From: an uncultured Rhodopirellula sp.
GTDB taxonomy: Bacteria > Planctomycetota > Planctomycetia > Pirellulales > Pirellulaceae
Length of the DNA stretch: 35,816 nucleotides
Assembly: GCA_964007735.1 (NCBI GenBank)
Contig: CAXGAI010000047.1
Location: 1-35,816 of the forward strand
Reading direction: 5' to 3'
Shown here: one piece after another, positions 1 to 9,146 of the stretch
Position numbering within the stretch: the stretch's first letter is position 1
Layout of the letters: every line of letters begins with the position of its first letter
Program-made: the position numbers and the translations under genes
Notes under the pieces: model-generated
The model's database searches: none
The model's input: only the letters and a program-made list of their open reading frames with translations
What the model was told of the DNA's origin: nothing

Positions 1-708
1 CTGCGGCAGGCATTTGAAGAAGCGATCCACTCTCACACGTTCCTGTATGTCGTCGAAAGCTTGGGACTGGATGAAGGTGAAGTGTTCAATATGTATCGGG
101 AAATCCCATCCATCGCTGCGAAGGATGAGTTCGAAATGGAATTGACCGCTGAAGTGCTTGATCCTGATTTTTCCACCAATTCGTTTGAAGGTTGTCAGGC
201 ACTCTTGAAAAATCTCATCGGTTTCTACCTGATCATGGAAGGCATCTTCTTCTATTCCGGTTTTGTGATGGTGCTTTCCTTCCATCGTCGTAATCTGATG
301 ACGGGTATCGGCGAACAGTTTCAGTATATTTTGCGAGATGAGACAATTCATCTCAACTTTGGTCTGGATCTGATTAACGGCATCAAGGCAGAAAATCCAG
401 AATTGTGGACAGAACAGTTTCAGCAGGATATGATCGCCAGAATTCGTAGAGCGGTTGAGTTGGAAATCGATTACGCGAAGGACTGCCTGCCAAACGGAGT
501 GATGGGGCTTAATGGCGATTTATTCCAAGAATATGTCCAGTATGTCGCAGATCGTCGCTTGGAGCGTATTGGTCTGCCGGCTCAGTACGGTAGTTCTAAC
601 CCGTTCCCGTGGATGAGTGAAACGATGGACTTGGCGAAAGAAAAGAATTTCTTTGAAACTCGAGTGACAGAATACCAAAGTGGTTCGGCTCTGTCCTGGG
701 ATGACTAA
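1..708 (+). CDS. nrdB: Ribonucleotide reductase class I beta subunit (R2), 5'-truncated; class Ic (R2c)-type signature
   Basis: Frame is open from base 1: [29 protein letters not shown]. Metal-ligand motifs [15 protein letters not shown] and RDETIH are present, with C-terminal [12 protein letters not shown]. The ORF-track start at 61 is an internal TTG. Confidence 0.97.
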   Translation: MRQAFEEAIHSHTFLYVVESLGLDEGEVFNMYREIPSIAAKDEFEMELTAEVLDPDFSTNSFEGCQALLKNLIGFYLIMEGIFFYSGFVMVLSFHRRNLMTGIGEQFQYILRDETIHLNFGLDLINGIKAENPELWTEQFQQDMIARIRRAVELEIDYAKDCLPNGVMGLNGDLFQEYVQYVADRRLERIGLPAQYGSSNPFPWMSETMDLAKEKNFFETRVTEYQSGSALSWDD

Positions 709-735
709 GGTTAGCTGCTAACGACTCTCTTTCAT

Positions 736-785
736 AACCTTCGTGTATAAGATGGCCTTCGGTTATCATACGCGGAGGTTTTTTT
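736..785 (+). terminator. Intrinsic terminator after nrdB
   Basis: Long stem AACCTTCGTGTAT...ATACGCGGAGGTT with several G-U pairs and an inner hairpin around CTTCGG, followed by a T run. Confidence 0.8.
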
Positions 786-865
786 GTGGTAACATGAATC
801 ACCTTGTCCAGTCAAACTGCTGGCTGGGTGATATGACCCCCGTTTGAAACTGCTGGAGATGCTTA

Positions 866-2041
866 ATGTTTGCTCGCTCAATTGCTGCAATTTGTTTATT
901 TGCGGTCCCCGCCACCGTTTTTTCGGCTTTGGCCGGTGTAACCAACGCTCATGATGATCACTCAAAGCCGGATTCTTACCTCGTTTATATTGGCACGTAC
1001 ACGGGGCCTAAGAGCGAGGGGATCTATACATTTCGATTTGATCGGAAATCCGGAAAACTTACGGCAGTGAACAAGCCTACAAAAACGTCAAACCCGTCTT
1101 TCGTGGCTGTTCATCCAAGCGGTCAGTACCTTTATGCTGTTAATGAAGACGCGGAGTTTAATGGCGAGCAAGGTGGGGGTATCACTTCATTTTCTATCAA
1201 TCCTAAAACAGGAGCTTTAACCGAGATTAACTCGCAGTGTACGCACGGTGCTCATCCATGCCATCTGACGATTGATCAATCCGGCAAAACAGTTGGTGTT
1301 GCCAACTATACGGGTGGCAGTATTGCTGCTTATAAGATTGGTAAAGCAGGTGAGTTAAGTCCGGCTTCTACTTTCGTGCAGCACGAAGGTAAAAGTGTCC
1401 ATCCGCGTCAGGAAGCTCCACATGGCCATTCGATCGACGTTGACCCGTTTAATAAGTACGTCGCTGTAAGTGACCTTGGGATTGATAAAGTACTTGTGTA
1501 CAAAATGAATCCCCGCAAAGGAGGATTCACGGCTCATTCATCAGTATCCACGACTCCGGGAGCTGGCCCACGTCACTTCAGCTTTCACCCGAACGGAAAA
1601 TTTGGATATGGTATTAACGAATTGAATATGACAGCCAACGCTTATCGATTTGATGGTCGTGCCGGCACACTTGAACTCTTGCAGACGGTGTCGACGTTAC
1701 CGCCGGAGCAAAAGCAACAGGAAGGTCAGTCAACAGCAGAAATGTATGTTCACCCCAGTGGCAAGTTTCTTTATGGTTCCAATCGGGGGCATAACACGAT
1801 CGTGGTTTATACGATTCATCCGCAGACCGGTAAGCTTACCTATGTTGAGAATCAGGATACTGGCGGGAGCACTCCTCGGAGTTTTGGTATCGTGCCAACG
1901 GGGGATTTTTTGCTGGCTTTGAATCAAGCGAGCAGCACGATCGTGGTATTTGAAATTGATCCTACAACCGGGGCGTTGGAACCAACAGGTGAAGAAGTGC
2001 CCTGCCCAACTCCGGTGGCGGCAGCCTTTCTGGCCCGATAG
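866..2041 (+). CDS. pgl: Exported lactonase-family 7-bladed propeller (6-phosphogluconolactonase/cycloisomerase 2 family)
   Basis: YIGTYT, NPSF, PCH, VANYTGG, RQEAPHGH, GPRH, SNRGHN and PRSF motifs; N-terminal Sec-type signal ending near ANAH/NAHD. Confidence 0.9.
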   Translation: MFARSIAAICLFAVPATVFSALAGVTNAHDDHSKPDSYLVYIGTYTGPKSEGIYTFRFDRKSGKLTAVNKPTKTSNPSFVAVHPSGQYLYAVNEDAEFNGEQGGGITSFSINPKTGALTEINSQCTHGAHPCHLTIDQSGKTVGVANYTGGSIAAYKIGKAGELSPASTFVQHEGKSVHPRQEAPHGHSIDVDPFNKYVAVSDLGIDKVLVYKMNPRKGGFTAHSSVSTTPGAGPRHFSFHPNGKFGYGINELNMTANAYRFDGRAGTLELLQTVSTLPPEQKQQEGQSTAEMYVHPSGKFLYGSNRGHNTIVVYTIHPQTGKLTYVENQDTGGSTPRSFGIVPTGDFLLALNQASSTIVVFEIDPTTGALEPTGEEVPCPTPVAAAFLAR

Positions 2042-2074
2042 TAGGCTTGCGTCATCAGCAAATCCAAAGGGGCC

Positions 2075-2506
2075 TTATGGGAGTCGAGGTAGCACGTCCG
2101 AGACGACCTGGAAGCCATCGGCGAGGGAGTTGGTTTGGTTAAACAAGCCCGCAATAGCCAGTACTTCGCCAATGGTTTTGTCGTCAACCCCATGTGTTTT
2201 CAGAATGGCAGTGTGGGAATTCACACAATAGCTGCATCCGTTTGTGGCAGATACCGCCACGGCGATCATTTCTCGAATCGCTGGCGTGAGAGTTGATTCG
2301 CGTCCCACTGCTTCCGGGTGCATTAGTGTTTTTAGTTGCCCCCAAACTTGCTCTAACAGGTCAGGATTAACGGCAATCACCTTCCAGAAATTTGGGATGA
2401 AATCGATCTGTTTTGTTGCTTTGATATCTTTGTAGACAGCGGCAATGCGAGGTGAAGCCTGATCTTCTTCTATCGGGGCAACGGTTGCGATACGTTCATT
2501 AGTCAT
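2075..2506 (-). CDS. AhpD/carboxymuconolactone decarboxylase family protein
   Basis: REMIAVAVSATNGCSYCVNSH, the CxxC-H AhpD core motif. Confidence 0.9.
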   Translation of the reverse strand: MTNERIATVAPIEEDQASPRIAAVYKDIKATKQIDFIPNFWKVIAVNPDLLEQVWGQLKTLMHPEAVGRESTLTPAIREMIAVAVSATNGCSYCVNSHTAILKTHGVDDKTIGEVLAIAGLFNQTNSLADGFQVVSDVLPRLP

Positions 2507-2561
2507 GATGATTGAGGCCTGTTAGCAAGTGTTCTGAAAAGGTAATTATCTGTCAAACCCG

Positions 2562-2594
2562 TTGTAACATATTGCAATTGAATTGTGATATAAC
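2562..2594 (+). promoter_or_regulatory. Imperfect palindrome (possible operator) plus extended -10-like element upstream of the gluconolactonase
   Basis: TTGTAAcataTTGCAA at 2562-2577 and TGaTATAAC at 2586-2594, in the divergent intergenic region. Confidence 0.35.
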
Positions 2595-2699
2595 GAAGGA
2601 ACTTGTCCGTTGACTGGGGTCACAGGCCTTACCTTTCTCCTGTCAGTCGGAAGTTCATTCCGGAGACGATTCCACGCAATTTTAATATGGGTTCATAAG

Positions 2700-3833
2700 A
2701 TGAAACAAAAAAGATCGGGACTAAGCCGGCGTAATTTTATGCTGGCCGCTACAGCCACAGCCGCTGTATCCTCCTTGGCTAGTAATAAATCGCTATCCGC
2801 TCGTGACTATGGGGTGGGGACACAGCCGGTTCGATATCCGGATCCGGATATCGTTGTGATCGAAGATGAATTTTCCAGCTACAAGCAGGGTAACGCTGCG
2901 ATCATGCGTCTTTACCACGACCCGGAGATGATCTGGGCGGAAGGATGTGCCTGGAATGGTGTTGGTCGTTATCTGGTTTGGAGTGATATCCCCAATAACA
3001 CTCAATTACGCTGGATGGAAGAAGACGGCCACGTATCGACTTTTCGTAATCCTGCGAATAATAGTAACGGAAATACCTTTGATCTGCAGGGTCGCCAGAT
3101 CTCTTGTGAACATCTCACTCGTACTTTGGCGCGCTATGAATATGACGGTACTCGCACAGAATTGGCTAAGAGTTACGGTGGCAAATCGCTCAACGCTCCA
3201 AATGATGCGGTGGTACACCCGGCGACAGGTGATATTTTCTTTACAGACCCTGGGTACGGTGGCTTAATGGATTACGAGGGCCGTAAAGCAGAGAAAACTG
3301 ATAACTGGCCTCAGCCTTATCAGAAAGAAGCGATTTATCGCTTTGAAGTAAAGACAGGTAAGTTGATTAAGTTGAGTGATGAGATCTACAAGCCAAACGG
3401 CCTTTGCTTCTCCCCCGACTATAAGAAACTTTATGTGGCTGATACAGGAGCGAGTCACTATGACGATGCTCCTCGTAATATCAAGGTCTGGGATGTTGTT
3501 GAAGAGACTGACCTGAAACATGGTGAAGAGTACGCTTCGATGATGATGGAAATGACTGATGAGGATGGCAATGCCGAAGAAAAGGGTGGATTTGCTGACG
3601 GCATCCGTTGTGACGAAGATGGAAATATCTGGGCAAGTGCGGGTTGGGTCGGGGATGGCTACGATGGCGTCCACGTGTTTAACCCGGAAGGTACTCGCAT
3701 CGGACAGATTCTGCTTCCGGAAATCTGTGCCAATGTTTGCTTTGGTGGCACGAAGAGAAATCGGCTGTTTATGTGCGGTAGTTCTTCACTGTATGCTGTT
3801 TACACACCAACCAAGGGTGCTCACTTCTGCTAG
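2700..3833 (+). CDS. SMP-30/gluconolactonase/LRE family protein, Tat-exported
   Basis: Start reassigned to ATG 2700 (MKQKRSGLSRRNFML, twin-arginine signal). WAEG, WSDIP, NGN, NAPND, FTDP, PNGLCFSPD and ADGIRCD motifs. Confidence 0.92.
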   Translation: MKQKRSGLSRRNFMLAATATAAVSSLASNKSLSARDYGVGTQPVRYPDPDIVVIEDEFSSYKQGNAAIMRLYHDPEMIWAEGCAWNGVGRYLVWSDIPNNTQLRWMEEDGHVSTFRNPANNSNGNTFDLQGRQISCEHLTRTLARYEYDGTRTELAKSYGGKSLNAPNDAVVHPATGDIFFTDPGYGGLMDYEGRKAEKTDNWPQPYQKEAIYRFEVKTGKLIKLSDEIYKPNGLCFSPDYKKLYVADTGASHYDDAPRNIKVWDVVEETDLKHGEEYASMMMEMTDEDGNAEEKGGFADGIRCDEDGNIWASAGWVGDGYDGVHVFNPEGTRIGQILLPEICANVCFGGTKRNRLFMCGSSSLYAVYTPTKGAHFC

Positions 3834-3857
3834 GTAGCCAGTTGATTTTGATGAAAT

Positions 3858-3899
3858 GAAGAGCTCTGGTTGAGGATGACCCCAGCCAGAGCTCTTTTC
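3858..3899. terminator. Terminator hairpin between convergent genes, probably bidirectional
   Basis: AAGAGCTCTGGTTG...CAGCCAGAGCTCTT inverted repeat followed by TTTT, between the gluconolactonase and mscS stop codons. Confidence 0.8.
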
Positions 3900-3944
3900 G
3901 TTGGTGGATGCCTGTCGTGTGAAAACGCATGACGTTATTCAGCG

Positions 3945-4514
3945 TCAATCCTCTTCCGCAGTCGGAGGTTCTTTAGCAACAGAAATGGCGTCAACAAAAA
4001 GCAGTGAATTGGGTACGAAGAGTTTGGTTTCGTCTGCGGCTTCTAAAACCGTATATCGCAGGTCGGTGCTAATAACGGTTCCTTCGTATGTTTTGACTTT
4101 GATGTAATTGGTTTTCTCAAATGGTTTATAAATCAGTATTAGAATGCCTGCTAAAACGTTGGAGATGACATCCTTGAGTGCAAATCCTAAAGCAAATCCT
4201 GTCAGACCCAGACCGGCTACCAATGCCGAGACATCAACACCCAGTGCAGATAAAGCGGTGACCATTCCCAGCACCATCACGCTGGTTTTGACGACTCGTC
4301 CGAGGAAGATTGCAAGGTCTTCGTCAATGTGCTGCGAACGTCCAACTCGCTCTGCAATCTTTTGCAGAATCTTAGCGGTTAGGTAGAAACAGAAAAAGGT
4401 AAGCAGGCTTAATCCGGCAGCCTGAATAATATCGGGCCACTCCATTTCAAAGAGGTTGATGGATTCGGCAGACTCCCCGGTGGTTTCTGTCGCGAGTAAA
4501 AATAGATTTGTCAT
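3945..4514 (-). CDS. mscS: Small-conductance mechanosensitive channel (MscS family), short form
   Basis: Three TM segments, ALVAGLGLTGFALGFALKDVISNVLAG, KPF, and VPNS. Probable start is ATG 4514 (MTNLFLL); the ORF track starts at 4580. Confidence 0.85.
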   Translation of the reverse strand: MTNLFLLATETTGESAESINLFEMEWPDIIQAAGLSLLTFFCFYLTAKILQKIAERVGRSQHIDEDLAIFLGRVVKTSVMVLGMVTALSALGVDVSALVAGLGLTGFALGFALKDVISNVLAGILILIYKPFEKTNYIKVKTYEGTVISTDLRYTVLEAADETKLFVPNSLLFVDAISVAKEPPTAEED

Positions 4515-4647
4515 GTCATAGATTGGGGGTAGCGGTAGCTTCGTAATACAGACGCCATTCATACTTACGTATACGCGCACAAATTAATGTTCAGAGAATA
4601 GTGAACACCTGTGGGTGATGGCAATAGCAGACTAGCTGTCCGAGTCT

Positions 4648-5385
4648 TTAGCCTTGTAATGTTTTGACGATATCTGCGGTGCCCAATGAACGAGTGGGGT
4701 AGAAAATCTCCCCGGCTTGATATCCTGCTTCTGCTCCGCACTGCATGGCGAATGATTTGACTCTGTCGTAGACGTATGCTTTTTCGGCTGGAAACTGAGT
4801 TTCATAACAGCGAATGGACTCCAGCTTCATTTCCAGCGTTTCGCTGATATCCATCGTGATATGACCGCTCGGAGCTGTGTGATGCATCGGCTCAAATGCC
4901 AGACGGAAATAGAGTTGTTTGGAGATGATGTGCCGTGGTAGGTCACCGAAGTGTTCCGGCCATTTACAAAGTCTGGAATAGAAAACGGCGGCATCCGTAA
5001 TCTGCATGGCTTGATAATGGTCTGGTGAAGCCATTGGTGTCTTATCGCCAAATCCAATAACAATACGGGGACGGTACTTGCGAAATTCTTTTGCGAGTGT
5101 CACTCGATGTTCAAAGCAATCGAACAAGGCTCGGTTGGGCATGTCTAGAGTAATCCGTTTGGTGATTCCTAGTACTTCAGCAGCTCGGCGAGCTTCTTCA
5201 AGGCGGACTTCAGGGCCGGGGCTTAACGGTGTAGGCTCTCCGTCGGTTAGATCGATGATGCCAACTTTATAGCCCAGTTGAACGAGCCGTGCGAGCGTAC
5301 CGCCGCAAGCGATTTCAACGTCGTCGGGATGAGCCCCCACGGCGATGACGTCTAACGGTTCAAATTCCTGTTGTTTGTCGGTCAC
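4648..5385 (-). CDS. PIG-L/LmbE family deacetylase (BshB1-like)
   Basis: GAHPDDVE, DLTDGE, R..EA..AA..LG and PDH zinc-deacetylase motifs; GTG start. Confidence 0.9.
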   Translation of the reverse strand: MTDKQQEFEPLDVIAVGAHPDDVEIACGGTLARLVQLGYKVGIIDLTDGEPTPLSPGPEVRLEEARRAAEVLGITKRITLDMPNRALFDCFEHRVTLAKEFRKYRPRIVIGFGDKTPMASPDHYQAMQITDAAVFYSRLCKWPEHFGDLPRHIISKQLYFRLAFEPMHHTAPSGHITMDISETLEMKLESIRCYETQFPAEKAYVYDRVKSFAMQCGAEAGYQAGEIFYPTRSLGTADIVKTLQG

Positions 5386-5410
5386 AAATGTTCCTCGCTA
5401 GATATATTCG

Positions 5411-6469
5411 CTACTGAACGTCCTCGTATTGAAATCCCTTACGGAAGGTGGTGTGAACTTTGCCTTCCACTTCTGCGTATGGGTAAACAAGAAAGTTAAC
5501 CGGGCCAGCCTCTTGTTCGGGAGTTAGTTTTAAGTCGCGGCCTGTTGTGAATGTTACGCGATTTGCTGTTAGATTGCCGTAGTAGTAATCGGTGAGCGTT
5601 GGATCTTTATCGGCTTCGGAGATATCTACTGGCACCCATTGATTGCCGGCTTCAAATTTTGCCCAGCAATGGTATCCACTGACCTCGCCCGCCCCGATTT
5701 TCGAAGGGATGGGAAAGCCGATTTCGAAACGAGCGGCGATGTTTTGTTCGCGACATACGGAGATGAAGAGGCTGTGGAAATCGGTGCAGTTTCCAAAGCC
5801 ATTGCCGCATGCCCAAACACTGTCACCACGCCCCCATGCTTTACCTTCCGGTTTGTCGTATTGCATTCGTTGGTTGATAGCATCATAGATTTGACGCCCG
5901 GCGGTTAATGGGTCATCGGCAAGGTTGGTATCTCCCAGGACATCCGTAGATAGCTCTTTGTCAACGGGGACAAACGAGGTCGCCTGTTTGAACAACTTGG
6001 TTTCCCCTTCGCTTAACGCTTCCCCCTGCTCGCGGATGGCTTCTCTCCGAGAAATATTGTAGGTGACCTCAAAGGGGACTTCACCATCCTTATTGGCAGT
6101 TGCCTTGAAGTGTAGGATCCTGTTGCCAAACTTCGCTTCCTCGTCAATGACGTATTCGCCGGGAACGTTAATTTCCCGATCCAGAACTTCCTGTTCGTGT
6201 GTGTCTGCGGCGACAGGCAGCCAAATGGAAACAAGGGCTCCTGGTTGGAGTTCTGAAATCGCTCCACCGTATACAAACTTGAACTGGCGCAACTTCGGCT
6301 CGTCATCGATTAGATCTCGGTCATCAGTGATGTCCGTAACCGGTGGTGTGTTCGTCAGAGGCTCCAAATGGTTCTGCTGAGATTCGTTCGGTTCCTTTTG
6401 TTGGCAACCAATCGAGAATAGAGCAAACGCCAGTATGAGATGTTTAAGGTTCATTTTGTTTCGTGGCAT
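5411..6469 (-). CDS. Transglutaminase-like domain lipoprotein
   Basis: Lipobox FSIG-C; putative catalytic triad GNCTDFH, YHCWA, WVPVD. Confidence 0.88.
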   Translation of the reverse strand: MPRNKMNLKHLILAFALFSIGCQQKEPNESQQNHLEPLTNTPPVTDITDDRDLIDDEPKLRQFKFVYGGAISELQPGALVSIWLPVAADTHEQEVLDREINVPGEYVIDEEAKFGNRILHFKATANKDGEVPFEVTYNISRREAIREQGEALSEGETKLFKQATSFVPVDKELSTDVLGDTNLADDPLTAGRQIYDAINQRMQYDKPEGKAWGRGDSVWACGNGFGNCTDFHSLFISVCREQNIAARFEIGFPIPSKIGAGEVSGYHCWAKFEAGNQWVPVDISEADKDPTLTDYYYGNLTANRVTFTTGRDLKLTPEQEAGPVNFLVYPYAEVEGKVHTTFRKGFQYEDVQ

Positions 6470-6477
6470 TGCAGGCT

Positions 6478-6512
6478 AAAAAAAGAGGGGGCTACGTGGT
6501 CGTAGCCCCCTT
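6478..6512 (-). terminator. Intrinsic terminator of the Gfo/Idh/MocA gene
   Basis: GGGGGCTACG-4nt-CGTAGCCCCC perfect stem; the A7 on + reads as a U-tract on the minus strand. Confidence 0.9.
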
Positions 6513-6530
6513 GATCATTGTTTCCGGAAA

Positions 6531-7862
6531 TTAGAGTACTACCGTGTCTTTATTTCCGGGGACGGCAACGTTGTAGTTTCCATCTTCATCAGGATTCATA
6601 GGAGCATCATCATCTAATGATGAAAGGGAGTCGACGTCGCATAAGGATAGATCTGAGTTGATAGCATCATCCCATTGGATCATTTTTCCAGAGTAGGTTG
6701 CCATCCGTCCAAGAATGGCTGTCATTGTACTCTTGGCGCCATATTCCGCTTCGTTAGGGCGCTTTCCAGCACGCAAGTCAGCAAACATATCGTGGTGTTC
6801 TTGTTGGTGACCACCGCGACCCAGACCACGGGCATTAAACAGTTCTTTGCCACTGGAATCCCAGATCTTACCAGCAGCGATATCGCAAGTACCGGTTGTG
6901 CCGTGTGCATGCTCGGAGACACTATTCCAGCAGCCCTGAATATGACGGCATTGGCTGAACATTTTCATGCCACTGGCATAAGTGAATTCAATCAGGTGGT
7001 GGTCGAAGATTTCACCATGATCTTTTCCGTCACGGACTTCACGGCCGCCCTGCCCTTGGGCAGATACCGGGAAATCATCGGCTAACCAGTTGATAACGTC
7101 AATGTTGTGAATGTGCTGTTCGTTAATGTGGTCGCCGCAGAGCCAGTTGAAATAATACCAGTTTCGCATCTGATATTCGAGTTCGGACTGGTCGTCCTGG
7201 CGAGGACGAACCCAAACGCCACCGCTGTTCCAGTAGGCACGACTTAGAATGATGTCACCGATCGCACCATCGTGAAGATGTTTCATTGTTTCGATGTAAG
7301 CTTCTTCGTGACGACGTTGTAAGCCGACTTGAACACAGAGGTTTTTCTCTTTAGCAATTTTATTTGCATCAAGGACTCGACGTACACCAGGAGCATCTGT
7401 CGCCACAGGTTTTTCCATGAAGACGTGTTTACCCGCATTTACACCAGCTTCGAAGTGTTGTGGGCGGAATCCGGGAGGGGTCGCCAGAATGATGAGATCG
7501 GCATCGGACTCCATCACTTGTTTGTAGGCTTCAAGACCAACGAACATTGTGTCAGGTGTGACTTTTACTTTGTCACCATGCTTGCTCTTGATGGCTCGGA
7601 AAGATGCTTGTAGGCGATCTTCAAAGACATCTGCCATTGCCACCAAATGTACGTCGCCGTTGGTGTTCATAGCCTGAACGGCTGCTCCAGTACCCCGGCC
7701 ACCACATCCAACCAGACCGATTTTGATGACTTCATCACCATAGGCGTGGGCTGCACGAGCAATTTGCAGGTTTCCTGCAACCGTACTTCCGGCTACGAGA
7801 ATGGTAGACTTTTTGATGAAGTCGCGACGGGTATTGGTGGATGATTTCGAGTCGTTACTCAT
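6531..7862 (-). CDS. Gfo/Idh/MocA family NAD(P)-dependent oxidoreductase, Tat-exported
   Basis: TRRDFIK Tat motif; GLVGCGGRGTG Rossmann motif; ATPP, HVFMEKP and EQHIHNID. Confidence 0.93.
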   Translation of the reverse strand: MSNDSKSSTNTRRDFIKKSTILVAGSTVAGNLQIARAAHAYGDEVIKIGLVGCGGRGTGAAVQAMNTNGDVHLVAMADVFEDRLQASFRAIKSKHGDKVKVTPDTMFVGLEAYKQVMESDADLIILATPPGFRPQHFEAGVNAGKHVFMEKPVATDAPGVRRVLDANKIAKEKNLCVQVGLQRRHEEAYIETMKHLHDGAIGDIILSRAYWNSGGVWVRPRQDDQSELEYQMRNWYYFNWLCGDHINEQHIHNIDVINWLADDFPVSAQGQGGREVRDGKDHGEIFDHHLIEFTYASGMKMFSQCRHIQGCWNSVSEHAHGTTGTCDIAAGKIWDSSGKELFNARGLGRGGHQQEHHDMFADLRAGKRPNEAEYGAKSTMTAILGRMATYSGKMIQWDDAINSDLSLCDVDSLSSLDDDAPMNPDEDGNYNVAVPGNKDTVVL

Positions 7863-8034
7863 TTATATGCTCCGCTTCAAATCGAAGAACGTGATATGGT
7901 GATTATTCCGAAGGAAAATACAGTTTCCACGGTAATTCTAAGGTAAAAGTTATCTGTCTAGCATACTTGCTAAACCATCTAAGTACAATGAGGAAGAATG
8001 GTCTCCTCCAAGGTAGTCGAGGACAGGTGAATAT

Positions 8035-9087
8035 ATGGGAAAAATAGACAAATATCCGATAAACGCCGTCGGCATATCACTTCTGGTAGTTGGGTTATTG
8101 CTCCCGTCTTTTACCGCTCATGCTCAGCAGGATGGTGATTCCACAATAGAGCGGTTGTATTCGGAAACAGCAGAGTTAATGGGAGTGGAATTCAGTATTT
8201 CCCTATACGCCCCTTCGGAAACAATTGCTCGGGAAGCAATTCATCAGGCTTTTTCTCGAATCACGGAGATCGAGTCCTGCCTGAGTAACTATCAGGCTGA
8301 CAGCGAAATTAGCCTTCTTTGTCAAGCAGAGGGTCCGGTTAAAGTCAGTGATGATTTATGGTTCGTGCTACGAGAGTCGATGTTTTACTGGCAAATTTCT
8401 GGCGGAGCGTTTGATGTGACGGTTGGCAGAATCACTCGATTGTGGCGGCGAGCAAGACGGCAAAAAGAGTTTCCCAGTCGCTCCAGAATTAAGGAGGAAA
8501 TGAAATTTGTCGGTGGGGATCTGTTAAGGTTCGATGTGGAGAAACAAACGGTCGAAATTTTGAAGCCGGGCCTCCTGATTGATCTTGGAGCTATTGGGAA
8601 AGGTTACGCAGCGGATCAAGCACTTCGGGTCCTCCGGGACTTAGACCTTGGGGCCGCTGTGATTAATGCCAGTGGAGATGTTCTGTTCGGTGAGGCTCCG
8701 CCTGGCAAGCAAGGGTGGCCGGCAGCTATTGCTAGTTTCCCTTCCGGGGAAGAGCCAACGTTTCTCGAGCCCTTAGCTAATCTGGCGCTGGCCACGAGCG
8801 GTGACGCTTATCAGCATCTTGAGTACCAAGGTAAGCGTTATTCTCATCTCGTTGACCCACGGACTGGGATACCCATCAAAGGACGAAGTAGTGTTAGTGT
8901 GTTAGCAGTTAGTGGCCTCCGCTCAGATGCGTTGGCTAGTGCCGTCTCGGTTTTAGGGCCTCGGAAGGGAGTGGCGTTAATTGAAGAACTTGCTAAAACG
9001 GAGGTTTACATAGGATTTCAACGAGGGCTTGGTAAACCAATTGAGACCAACAGCACGGCAGGATTTCCGTTAAAATCTAAAAAGTAA
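8035..9087 (+). CDS. apbE: FAD:protein FMN transferase ApbE
   Basis: MG, S.Y..DSEIS, GAFDVTVG, DLGAIGKGYAAD, ATSGD, YSHLVDPRTG and SDALASA motifs; N-terminal signal peptide. Confidence 0.93.
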   Translation: MGKIDKYPINAVGISLLVVGLLLPSFTAHAQQDGDSTIERLYSETAELMGVEFSISLYAPSETIAREAIHQAFSRITEIESCLSNYQADSEISLLCQAEGPVKVSDDLWFVLRESMFYWQISGGAFDVTVGRITRLWRRARRQKEFPSRSRIKEEMKFVGGDLLRFDVEKQTVEILKPGLLIDLGAIGKGYAADQALRVLRDLDLGAAVINASGDVLFGEAPPGKQGWPAAIASFPSGEEPTFLEPLANLALATSGDAYQHLEYQGKRYSHLVDPRTGIPIKGRSSVSVLAVSGLRSDALASAVSVLGPRKGVALIEELAKTEVYIGFQRGLGKPIETNSTAGFPLKSKK

Positions 9088-9146
9088 GATCTCGAAGGTG
9101 ACGGGAGAGGCCCGTCGGTATTTTAAGAAGAATAAAAGGATTCCCG

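Noticed and set aside
2039..2044. Tandem TAG TAG stops here and at 9459-9464 as possible recoding signals
   Set aside because: Both proteins are complete at the first stop, with no meaningful downstream frame or recoding element.
9099..9124. Small hairpin GACGGG-AGAGG-CCCGTC after apbE
   Set aside because: The stem is short and the U-tract weak and displaced. It may be a pause or weak terminator, but it is not supportable as a feature.
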